Assembly: GCA_002349055.1 (NCBI GenBank)
Contig: DECD01000024.1
Span: 10,503-74,502 of the forward strand
Reading direction: 5' to 3'
DNA from: Bacteroidales bacterium UBA2939
Lineage (GTDB): Bacteria > Bacteroidota > Bacteroidia > Bacteroidales > P3
DNA length: 64,000 bases
Shown here: one piece after another, positions 12,001-18,700 of the stretch
Layout of the letters: each line of letters starts with the position of its first letter
Numbering within the stretch: the first letter of the stretch is position 1
The notes under the pieces: generated by a model
Seen by the model: the letters and a program-made list of their open reading frames with translations, nothing else
Told to the model about the DNA's origin: nothing
The model's database searches: none
Program-made: the position numbers and the translations under genes

Positions 12001-12475
12001 CCTTGAGGGGCTCACTGTCCTCCGACGAGCCGATGAGGTAGTAGTTGTAGGTGTTGCCCGAAATGTCGTCGTGCCATTCCTGGTAGTAGTAGCCGGTGGT
12101 GCCGGTGCGCTGCCACACGCAGTAGAGGGTGAAGTGGTCGGAAGAGGCGATTTTGGGGTTTGTGTAACCGTCGCGGAGGTCGAGGGCCAGATAGGTGTCG
12201 CCCTGGGCGGTGATGTTGGTCACATGTTCGTTGCCATGGGGGTGCACCTCGAGCCAGTTGCCCTTGGCGTCGGTGCGCGAAGCGTCGAACGCCACGGGGT
12301 CGCGCCAGTCCTCGTCGGGCTGGCTCTCCAGACCGTTCGACCACCAGAGGCGGCCGTTGGTCAGCGTATAGTATCCCTGTCCCTGTGCCACCATGCCGAG
12401 CAGCAGCAGCACCAACAGACCCGCATACCGCGCGTAGGCGGGTGTAATATATTTATATTTTGCAGTTTTCATCAT
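1..12475 (-). CDS. Giant secreted GGG-rung repeat protein with GLUG-like region and T9SS type-A C-terminal sorting domain. Partial: the last few C-terminal residues lie left of the window; >=4158 aa
   Basis: Absent from the supplied ORF track because it runs off the left edge. The reverse strand from 12475 reads ATGATGAAAACTGCA..., giving MMKTAKYKYITPAYARYAGLLVLLLLGMVAQGQG (Sec signal peptide). Position 12475 is in frame with the hand-translated last codons at 58-56 (12417 nt = 4139 codons apart). None of the minus-strand ORFs listed below 12490 uses this frame, so it must stay open to position 1. Hand-translated samples all read as protein: 10943-10990 PVVRGAVFGGGRMANV (first rung); about 905-1075 NVGSSQNMGGIVGHAENTVLENNYVYGS (GLUG-like); 2-420 ...YGCDSIVTLTLTFTGDPDQPIVETVTTVKVYPNPTTSVVNVE...GIYFVRVHTPNEVIIQK. 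The plus-strand ORFs here are G/A/V/D-rich antisense shadows. Confidence 0.85.
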   Translation of the reverse strand, partial: MMKTAKYKYITPAYARYAGLLVLLLLGMVAQGQGYYTLTNGRLWWSNGLESQPDEDWRDPVAFDASRTDAKGNWLEVHPHGNEHVTNITAQGDTYLALDLRDGYTNPKIASSDHFTLYCVWQRTGTTGYYYQEWHDDISGNTYNYYLIGSSEDSEPLKVIAVQKDRPMTQSTYWYNWDFGAAVWETPTIDGVKKNRYYWIMLQTRERDNDAHTLATPVWTLSEHCYQRPEDIYYTSYTEGDASGNARRLRYYDTVYDGFNYFPVGNGALFMPVTVTPHDKAILAIENDGDGNPYGLQATFDPTTLKTLHTGITITDDESNPVSSLEYVSGGVSVNLAAVMNYKNGDKVPMTVRPAYTDYFEEKYRRGIHLNYRNRTEEGVFGSAGVAVIDSFYLYGDELHDSKPNQISEEATVDSIYFTIDNRSLRYVELDTVYPMNPAANRGKAILTFKSPVSSPTTVKIYLRVRYSNGSEQYDTAELALTYTKPDVDLKPVHGPVVRGAVFGGGRMANVTGGTVVTVHSTDSIPTLYGGNDIAGWVQGTAGANITLGTEFTSGEHPIHIGNVYGGGNGYYTYQGINAGYDEATDAHYNPYWKKQSTSLMYSAYYFNGKVYPWNTLPSGYLTGDNDNADRINKDETLWTSLPLVTSHEFTYTPYYIGHPDLVDQAETGDDGDGTIPYIKTAHITVGVPEGRDNEDNPTYFICGDGDSTHWHNDYILIDTLFGGARNAFIGVTANEGETPENGVTIDIHGGTIFSVFGGNNVGGSVANTSTVFVNVYDTKLIDADAEVEDTYLNGFGRDFGIRYLFGGGNLVDGSHANVAIRGGLLDTVYLGGNNATVKTPIGLVDCPRGDENEYGYTGHFICTNETYPDNSTFTDPVAALDANEDFFEGYGPDHFSPEEGMYNVRCLFGGNNAADMNNLTTIMLHSGGISCVYGGGNEGDMTNDGTFTDPLYASLLNHSFDLDPSTGNPIANGWADIYGKSTLPQKVGTIVTALQNSKIVCDYVFGGSRMGNIKNSCGVYLAGGTYGYVTGGNDVSGDVGSETGGGIYVVIDSNVLVVGDVVGGSDGYYHCDDGSGHYDHQPLYDTYSEEGNAFSYDPYDDYVELLLPTHNSVNLYMRGGLVLGQAVGGGVHTNVGFENPTGNKIRKLLPSGVRGETNLDLSTIGGERRGSVHFLASGGRILGNAFGGGFQSKIFGLAYITLKNNIRIDGSFFAGNDCTGSINHFGAYYNTNDYDSYRAEGKTHEQALVAAYEDMVASDGTPLNQDNGDGTWSATYSAYLRIKDTPQITCVYGSGNGAYDYDGEHPEYGWVSFCPDPNGYLPLPKQSSTFIDINTSGGSIDTVFGGGNGVGVEESVLVLLNNTGNNVHTVHTIFGGNNVDDMLDVVPDIQLKKGVVNTVFGGANNGAMGASWSFADVNGDMVKNVSTHVALNSADVTILDTLFGGCRMSDVKGVSYVEVRNTTDDGVRYVFGGNDISGNIDGSTRVDVSGGVVKNLFGGSDGRYDFVEIGDNRFKIYPFGYVETNPTYFDGHELSPADSAELEKALITIAGRPDVDSTSVNLWGGSVGTTNGGVYGGGSMADARTTCVTVNDTVKGHDRLLNIYGAIYGGGMGDYEHLNNYNLQGTRYGNVEENTHVHLYHADLVSSAKAYGGGRGGDVMNTYINTYDGWDTPFESLFGGCWGSDVHGTAHLDFKGVNLVNNLFGGNDFAGDVYKSVIDIHSGRFNNIYGGGNGDYPISDYNSGIYEDDLTDPNNPIIRHLHRPNTEFITITINDGVVNGNFYGGGKLGSTWNYQKDENRQYVLVNGHKVPDISLTTAQAHTNPLDYSYIISNIHGGVFNNDVFGGASGRGGEDGNALVYGVKVINMDGGKINRSLYGGSESVDDGYASECTGVGSSETTLRPSSIINMTGGIVESNLYGAGYLGTTYGSVYVNVGPDAIDSCVAYRRSYSSGGAKSTVDNAYWVFKPGEEGSLSDTLVETPTMLNHSVYAGANWGAGSGSASFNTSGFVGGESMIRIDGKGYNTGADETNLLPSMNVRKSLFGSGTSVKGGDVRSDINLWNYGELSNCRPTKELESVQRTGQFFSHNTAVHYLGATDASDAYISEPYTILRADTMSFRGFNVAEYDEPLSFVTNLYNYEEDLDEGELELVPIQPLREVATSDNACANTSTMCDFTHVVSPTDTDKKHTLLVLNNGIDFKIQLDETPIMPNYYTPGYVYGFCYLTTPYGYSSSVTALSTAYYDPDTIPHVQSWLEWGYDWNSGFAGFVSPCKSTNKYTTKRDGYPMNWLDESAEGYVSNKAELPYENFISEELEFLNYREWKVGTGVRLREAAIRAHIDPTQLAEDVNVKINDTNLALAKATITLPATSEGHYYKFNNDGIIISGSNSTANLVDEAWATTTDFETLAADYSAGTDVKTKGAWKKASLEEGGLSTGRDLILSYPDNTFGLVMQPGENFKTDAGHYVMPSIMGVTEAMSSVVLSGNSYYNASANFCSPKVAEGDRIMPSMDLLLTYSPTFASTFLGTVEFTLDEYDENNDYVGPVKVKVYISTIIESFRDMETSVLAMFNNDVTNTFTRRVILPITLDENRELYITSVKWEPTNGDGSPYTGDYDDFDPFYMVENGSTITSAPHDVNNLFGMHLVPNDAVTGDLNENLGWTSIDEADINIFRLARAAGADAQRYAADGNTAVDLTSGGETNGRRLGILDGRGSAALNVTLLFDGSRIYPAIDDKGYLGKVVLGMRWKKGENSGDYNFTINVKSRSHGDTIYLASAESVTRGSYTVHPYTYGTSYYHQLLESGNTDSVAKAPTVIGKSPDCYVQSFQHALSSNVYQEGDVIAIIDQVNINERPVHIQGADGPPIQVIRYEGHHHQLPDEVGVYRGPMIVVSGQDNLFTAKNIDFHGSAGAHIKRVCTSSDPDSCDNGFYKKHEITVGGKTYKWDDDTVPGGKVHFEPDTNRAYGPIIAIKNNGAVTLSEGTLVRHNWNAYGSETSQRDATTGWPLSSENMGAISVTGGGTLTLKGDVMVRDNFSHTLTGYDNLDPVSVAKAPGNGAIYVDGGHIVLPESHKNTAVDITRNRLMTPAIHDPSGAEWWQMATIEGVPSRFTLDTTLVYTTWKKANVYLTRTEPTSGSAAEKELNDVQSDVFSITGALGTKTRIGVRKWFPGPTTRDTIRIAVNNSYDFVVLENAYENKNFQSDDGFNVFYNQSVSSNNLYLFRCATFKHQLASQDMPLVRPGGTAYKGQDVLHYGIQKANTCPLGGDTIVYRLQGGFAPYTYTWKLHDNDGAADNYDILMDEHTTPYTNAEIQKALTDHDTAHYWSSIIDTFLTPRVEMARAAGSRLAKVKVTAVDATGECSLTKYLNITIRKVNEYTDIPEVPAGSGDRPLLQLTTTPTNGWTSVETEDEAEAIRYFKGIKITPYVYTDPSVGTIDARTGDPTDDSLYQYIDETHSHALTDLRFCEGDVIKLKTRAEQESGSKFLMWSFNPYTTNPATYVVPNHDDDVIAYYGPTEYWKDHINTSAKAGAALASGTSYTGRPTVEGYTSGDGRDGDVGHNAGYVTTYNDDVHIYDENGLAWFISVVNGLNGTQARPFRFNTVYLHKKANDTDYDMKDYLWSPVGTLQYGFRGRFVCVGKEETSTTPLDENDFVTVRNFILNEPDMENVAVFSFLDGAEVTGLNIRNIFVRGGHFVSALAASSQKSTIQDVGVDYVANPNPAEKVTSILSTHYAVGTLIGKSKQDQVAEAQVANIKLVGDAVYVGGAVAQGVADVVRDSYIIGYNETNGNISGGIQGEADGEPAQGLFRRKSSGTNTYIANNYVHMRNVGSSQNMGGIVGHAENTVLENNYVYGSMNGSDQEGGVAASMGNNSRADKNYYAQGDARQGVGMVSDNASVSDIASFRGKGNQVTLEEPVYGVSNLTRVLNKWVREHNAEGGNYKTWRSDLEGTNNGYPVFGEPDMIPVNAHETIDGCEVVVLGGVTYTRDTVITTRVIDNDEMIDSTLTATIRLHYGTQTALFDSALLADGYDGYGFSISPSELELLNLTLDSAGHVSLVFSDTLTTVYGCDSIVTLTLTFTGDPDQPIVETVTTVKVYPNPTTSVVNVETDEMSHVEVYDNEGRKLQDYDAAGRKKVVVDMTSFVTGIYFVRVHTPNEVIIQK
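2..208 (-). other. T9SS type-A C-terminal sorting domain (Por_Secre_tail-like) of the left-edge giant protein
   Basis: Hand translation gives VKVYPNPTTSVVNVETDEMSHVEVYDNEGRKLQDYDAAGRKKVVVDMTSFVTGIYFVRVHTPNEVIIQK. It carries the YPNP and GIYFV motifs typical of TIGR04183-type CTDs. The final strand is cut by the window edge. Confidence 0.75.
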
Positions 12476-12564
12476 AATCTCAACAATTAATCAAAGTGGC
12501 CATCGTTACTCAGCAGTTTGATACACAACGCGGTGCATCAAACGGCGAGACGATGTCCATGGTG

Positions 12565-12572
12565 CAAAGATA
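12565..12572 (-). promoter_or_regulatory. Bacteroides-type -7 promoter box TATCTTTG upstream of the left-edge giant gene
   Basis: The minus strand reads TGTATCTTTGCACC, matching TAnnTTTG, 90-97 nt upstream of ATG 12475. Confidence 0.45.
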
Positions 12573-12683
12573 CAATTTTTTTTCGACACTTCAAATTTTA
12601 TTGAAAGATAATCCCTAACGGGATCATTCGCCTCAAGACCCTCCGAACGCCGTACCAAGACCGTATCATCTCCTACGGTGGTA

Positions 12684-12730
12684 GGAGTTGATACGGAGTT
12701 GGTACGGAGTTGAGTCGGAGTTGATACGGA
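12684..12730 (-). repeat. 11-bp tandem array x4.3 (minus-strand reading GTATCAACTCC GACTCAACTCC GTACCAACTCC GTATCAACTCC)
   Basis: Read directly. It lies 209-255 nt upstream of ATG 12475. Confidence 0.9.
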
Positions 12731-12770
12731 CATGGTGTTAAGAATCATTCAGTTACAAATGGTCGTTTTT

Positions 12771-15700
12771 TTATTGTACACGATGGACGGCGGCGCCGAT
12801 TTTACTAGGTTGGTAACCAGGTTTTTGGCACACAGCTTTGACCGTTACATCTTGTGAGGAGGAAACATTGAAGGAGGCGGTGTTGCTCGGCACGTAGGTG
12901 CCGTGGCTGGTGGCACCGAGCATGTTGGTCACGGGGGTGGATTCGTCGGTGGTGTAGGTGATGGTGGAGCCTTCGGGGGCGGTGATGGTGCAATGGACAC
13001 CGTCGAAGGTAATCACAGGAGCATCAACCTGGAGGGAGGTGACGTTGGAGTTGAAGCATCCACGCTGCTCGGCAATGGCCTTGACGACATCGGTGGCACC
13101 GATGGTGAAGGATGATCCTGGATTCTCTACCGTTGTACCCCACAGGAAGTTAGTGGCACTTACGGTAGTGGTAGGATCATCACCGTTGAGGGTGTAGTAG
13201 ATACGCGCGCCCTTGCAGCCGTCGAAGGTGACGTTGTCGCCGTCGATGGAGATGAGGGGCATCGGGGCCTTGTCGAAGGCGGCGATGGAGGGCATCATAG
13301 TGCTGTCGATGCCGCCCTCGGAGGGGATGTAGGCGATGCACTGGACGATGTCGCCCCAGCCGAAGCAGAAGTCGTCGTTGGCATCGGTGTAGAGGGTTTC
13401 GTTGGTGGCGGGGACGGGAGGCGTGGAGCCGTCGGTGGTGTAGCTGAAGCGCACGTTGGGCGTGGCGCAGGAGAAGCTACCCTTAATCTTGTCTGAGGCG
13501 GCACAGTCGTCGTCGAGGTAGGCTATGAATTCGGGCGGGAGGACCTGTTCCTGGAAGCCCATCTGGATTTCGGTGTTGCCGTCGACGATACCTGCGGAGC
13601 CGCCGCCGTAGACGTTGGACTTGATGTCGGACTGGCCGAAGACGCCGATGTAGGTCTCGCCGCTGACGCGTGCCGTGGTACCGAGGCCACCGCCGAAGAT
13701 GTTGCCGGTGTGGAAGGAGCCGATGCTATCGTCACTATCGAAACCGATGACGGAGCTGCGCACCATGACGAGGGTGTTGCCTCGGATGGGGGCTGCGGAG
13801 CCGCCGCCGTAGAGGTTGCCGAAGACGCGCGCGCTACGGTCGTAACCGTAGCCGTCGGGGAAGCCGCCGACGATGACACGGGGGTAGGAGGTGACGGTAG
13901 CTGTGGAACCGAGGCCGCCACCGAAGACATTCCGGATTTGGACGTAGGCGGAGTCATCCATATTGGTGGTAGGTTCACCACTTTCGCGGCTGTAGTAGCG
14001 GTTGTTCATGATGTTGACCAGAGGCGATCCGCGGAAGGGGTCGTCGGGCGTGTAGGCAGCATTGCGGCCGCCGCCGTAGACGTTCACGAGGTTGAGGCCG
14101 TCGGGGCAGGAGTAGTCGGGGTCGATGTCGACATTGACGGTGATGGTACCGGAGATGTTGCCGTTGACATCGGAGCCACCGTAGAGGTTTTCGACGGAGC
14201 CGCCGTGGAGGTTGACGATGACGTCGCCATAGATGTTGGCGGGCGTGTCATCGGTGCCCTGGCAGCCGCCGAAGAGGTGCATAACCCTGCCGCCTTCGAC
14301 GTTGAGGGTCAGCGTGACAGGATTCTCGGGGGTGCCGAGATTGGCCTTGCTGCCGCCAGCATAGAAGGTATTGAAGGAGGAGCCGCACTTGAGGGTAATC
14401 TCGCCGTTGCCGCCGGGGGCGTTGTTGCCGCCGCCGAAAGCTTCCTTGATAAGCAAGGGGCAGTCGCCCTCGTCGTCGACAGTGAGTTTGGTGAGTCCTA
14501 TGTTGCCCAAGGTGTTGGAGCCGCCGAAGACCTGGGTGTAGATACCGCCGTGGATCTCGGTGGTGGCGGTGCCCACGACATTGGCCGCCACACCGCCGGA
14601 GCCGTTGCCGCCGCCGAAGATGCGGTCGAGGTGACCACCTTCGACGATGACGTGGTTGTTCTGTGTGGCTGCCGCGTTGCCGCCGCCGTAGACATCCTTC
14701 ACGGTGTTCTCGTCGCAATCGTGGATATACACGAGGGTGGTGCCGGTGGAGGTGTTGAGGGGCACGTGGTTGGCCTTGTTGCCACCGCCGAAGACCTCCT
14801 TGATGGCATAGCGTTTGGCAGCCACAAGACTTTCATTAGCTTCACCTTGAAGAGCCTGCAAATCGTTAGCGTCGAGAACATTCACATCTTCAGCCACGGC
14901 CTTGAGGCCGGAGGGGTACTGGTCACCCACGACCACCGTAACATTAGTACCCGAGCGATCGTAGACAAGCGGGTCGGTGTCGGTATGTGCGGTGCTGTAG
15001 ATGTGGACGTTGGTGTTGCCGAAGGGGGTGCCGGAATAGTTGTTGGCGCCGAAGACGCTTCCGTGGATGGTGGGGCCGAGGGCGGGGTTGTCGTACTGGC
15101 TGGTGGAGCCGACATTGACGTAGGTATTTCCGTTGGCGGTCTGGCCAGGTTTCTCGTCGCCGACAGAGGCCATGGAGCCGCCGCCGTAGACGTCGCCGTT
15201 GACGGTGCCGCCGAGGAGGTCGACGGTGGTGTTGCCGTAGACGCGGCCGGCCAGAACGTCGGCCGTCCAGTTCAGCGAGAGGGCTGTACGGGCAGCGGTG
15301 GAGTCGTTGCCGTAGGTGTCGGCCGCTTCGTCGGAGCCGTAGCCGGCGCCGTAGACGTCGCCGAAATAGTAGCCACCGCTACCGATGGTACCCACTGCAG
15401 TGCCTATGGTGCCACCGTTGATGGTGACATGGGTGTTGCCGGTGACGATACCCTGCTCGCCGCCGCCGTAGACGCAAGAGAGGATGTTGCCGCCGTCGAT
15501 GGTGACGGTAGACTGACGCGAACGGGCCATGGAGACCCAGTGGGGATAGGTGATGTCGACATCGCCCTGGCTGGCGCCGTAGACGTTGCCAGTGCAAGTG
15601 TGGAGGATGGTGCCGTCGGTGTTGTACATAGTCCAGGCGCCGGGGTTCTCGTTGCCCGTACGCTCATTGAGAGCCGCGTGTGTGGGCTTGTCGTAGGTGA

Positions 15701-18700
15701 ACTCTGCGGCGAGGCCGATGGTGGGAGCCGCGCCGAGGGTGTCCTTGATGTGGACGGTGGAGGTGCCGGTATGGGGCACGAAGACGCCGTTGTCGTTCCA
15801 CCAGCCAATGCCGGCCATCTCGCCGCCGCCGAAGACGGAGCCGCGGACGGTGGCGCCACCGACGATGTAGACGCGGGAGTTCATGACACGGCCGGCATAG
15901 ATGTCTTCGTAGTTGTCGATGTCGCCCTTGCCGGAGCCGAGGACGTCGCCGACGCTCCAGTCGCACTTGAGGAGGTTGACGTCGCTGGCGTCGCCGATGG
16001 TGCCGCCGAGGACGCGGACTGTAGCCATGCCGTGGTTGACGGAGTCGTAGATGCCAGTCTCGATATCCTTGAGGAAGGAGGTGATGCCACCGTCGACGTC
16101 GACACCAGTGAGAGCCAGACGGCCGCCGCCGAAGATGGAGCCGTGGATGGTGCCGGCCTCCACAACGACCTTGGTGTTGCCACCCACGCGGCCGGAGGTC
16201 TTGTTGATACGGTATTCGTCATGGTCGTCGATGTCGCTGTCCCCGTCGGTGTCAATCTTGTCGCCGGAGCCACGGCCGCCGCCGAAGACGTTGCCGTCGA
16301 AGGCCCAATAGCCGGGATTGCCGTGCTCATCGACCGCAGCCACGCCCTCGTCGCCAATGACAGCGGCGCCTTTGACGAGGACGTTGGTGTTGCCGGTGAC
16401 GTGGCCGTCGCGGGCGCCGCCATAGACGTCGCCGTGGATTTGGCCACCCTCGATGGTAACGTAGGTGTTCTCGACATCGCAGTAGTTCTTGTAGCTGTCG
16501 CCCGGGATACCGCGGCCGGCACCGTAGAGGTCGCCGCCGACGTTACCGCCGAGCATTTTGACGCGGGTGTCTTTCTTGACGGTGCCCAGCTCGCCGCCGC
16601 CGAAGACGGAGCCGAAGACGTGAGCATTATCGCGGACGGTGACGAAGGTCCACCAGTCGGTGGCGAAGTCGGTGGGATTGGCCTCTTGGAGACCGCGTGA
16701 GGCGCCGTAGACGCACGAGCCGTAGCTGGTCCAGTCGAAGGTGACGCTGCCAGCGGGGTAGTAGCCCTCGGCACTGGGGTCGTCGCCGGAGGCCGGATAG
16801 TTGTAGGTATAGCTGCCGCCGGCGAAGTCGGCAGCAGAGCCTATGACACCGCCGCGGATGTCGACGATGGTCTTGGTGGTTTCGGGTTGCGGGACGGGGT
16901 TGCCCGGGAGGACGAGAGGTCCGATGGAAGCCAGGGCGCCGCCGCCGTAGACATTGCGGTGGATGGTGCCACCCTTGATATAGACATAGGTGGAACAGGT
17001 GACGGAGCCGGAGGAGCTGGCGTAGGTCTCGGTGACAGCGCCAGAGACCTCTTTCTTGGTGTACTTGCCGATACCGGAGCCTGCGCCGTAGACGTTGCCG
17101 CGGGCCACCCAGTGGGCATCGTCGGTCATGTCGCGGCCGGCGCGGATGTCGGCCTCGGAGGGCACGCCGACGAGGTCCTTGGCATCACCGGGGTTGGTGT
17201 AGGTGACGCCTATCTCGCCGCGGTAGACTTTGACGTCGGTCTCGACGCGGACGTGGCCGTCCTGGCCGCCGCCGTAGACGGAGCCGAAGAGGCGCGGGCC
17301 AGCAGCGTCGACTGCCGAGGTGGAGTCGCCGATGACGACGTGGGCGTGGTTGACATAGCCCGAGAAGAAGGCCGGGGCATAGGCGTGACGGGGCGAGAGC
17401 GTGGGGCTGACACTAGGTGCCGCCTCACCGCGGCAGCCGCCGAAGACGTTGCCGAGGGGCAGGTCGTCCTTGAAGCTGTCCTTGGGTTTGGAGGGATTGA
17501 GGATACCCACGATGCCGCCGGTGACGGTGACGTAGGTGTGGCCGGTGTGGGCGAGGGAGTCGCGGAGGTAGAAGTTGTCGCTGGTCCAGCGCTCGCCGTA
17601 GCCTGCCTCACGGTAGTCGCCGGGGCCGCCGGCATAGTTGCCGACGCCCACGGAGGCCATGTTGCCGCCGCCGTAGATGTTGCGGATGACGCGGCCGCCG
17701 GTCATGGTGACGTGGGTATTGCGGTAGACACGGCCAGCGGTGAGGGAGTAGATGTAGGCTATGGAGTCGTCGTCCTTGTGCCAGTATTGGCCTTGGCTGA
17801 CGTCGCCATCGGTGATATGGCGGAGGGTAGTCTGATAGGTACCCTTACCCTTGCCGCCGCCGTAGATGGAGTGACCCACGATACCCGACTGGAGAGTGAC
17901 ATTGGTGCCGCGGATGACGTGTCCGTTCTCGGCGCCGCCGTAGACGGAACCGGCGATGAGGGGCGTGAAGTGGTCATTCTTGGGGTTGACACCCAAGAGA
18001 CCCGGGGTACTGCTGCCGTTGCCGTAGTAGGTGGCTTCGGTGAAGCCCTCGGGGACAGGAATATTGATAGTAACGATGGTGGTGTCGACGTTGGCGAAGG
18101 GTGCCATGTCGGCGGGGTCGCCTGCTTCGCCGCGCGAGGCGCCGAAGATGTCGCCGTTGTCCTTGCCGGAGTATCCGATGCGGGCGTTGCCCGAGACATT
18201 GATGGTGGCCTTGCCGGTACCCGGGCGATAGTGGAACTCGACGGGCCAGGAGAGAGCGAAGTGGGTATTGGGGTCGGCGTTGTGGTAAGTGAAGGCACCT
18301 TGCCTGCGGCCGATGTTAGCAATAGAGCCACCGCCGTAGATGGCGCGTTCGACATAGCCGCCGGTCATAGTGACGTTGGTGTTGCCATAGACGACGCCAG
18401 CACGGGGGTTGTATTTCTCCTTATTGCCGTCGTTGACATCGACATACTTGTCGGTACCGCAGCCGCCGCCGTAGACGTTGCCGCAGAAGGAGAGGTAGGC
18501 GAGGGTGGCATCCAGTTCGGCCTGGAGGGTTGCCTTCGTGGCCTCGTCGACAGCTGCCTCGATGAGGTCCTCGAGTTTCTTGGCGCGGTTGTAGGTCTTA
18601 GCACCCACGATGCTCTCGGTGTTCGATCCACTTCTGTCGCCGTGGTCGCCTATGGAGCCGCTGTAAATGTTGACATTAGCGTCGCCGTAGCCGTGGCCGT

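Noticed and set aside
12506-12748. 80-aa minus-strand ORF in the spacer between the 6966-aa gene and the left-edge giant gene.
   Set aside because: Its sequence is dictated by the 11-bp tandem array (SVSTPTQLRTNSVSTPT, period not divisible by 3). It also overlaps the candidate TATCTTTG promoter box. It has no signal peptide, motif or start context, so I treat it as non-coding regulatory DNA.
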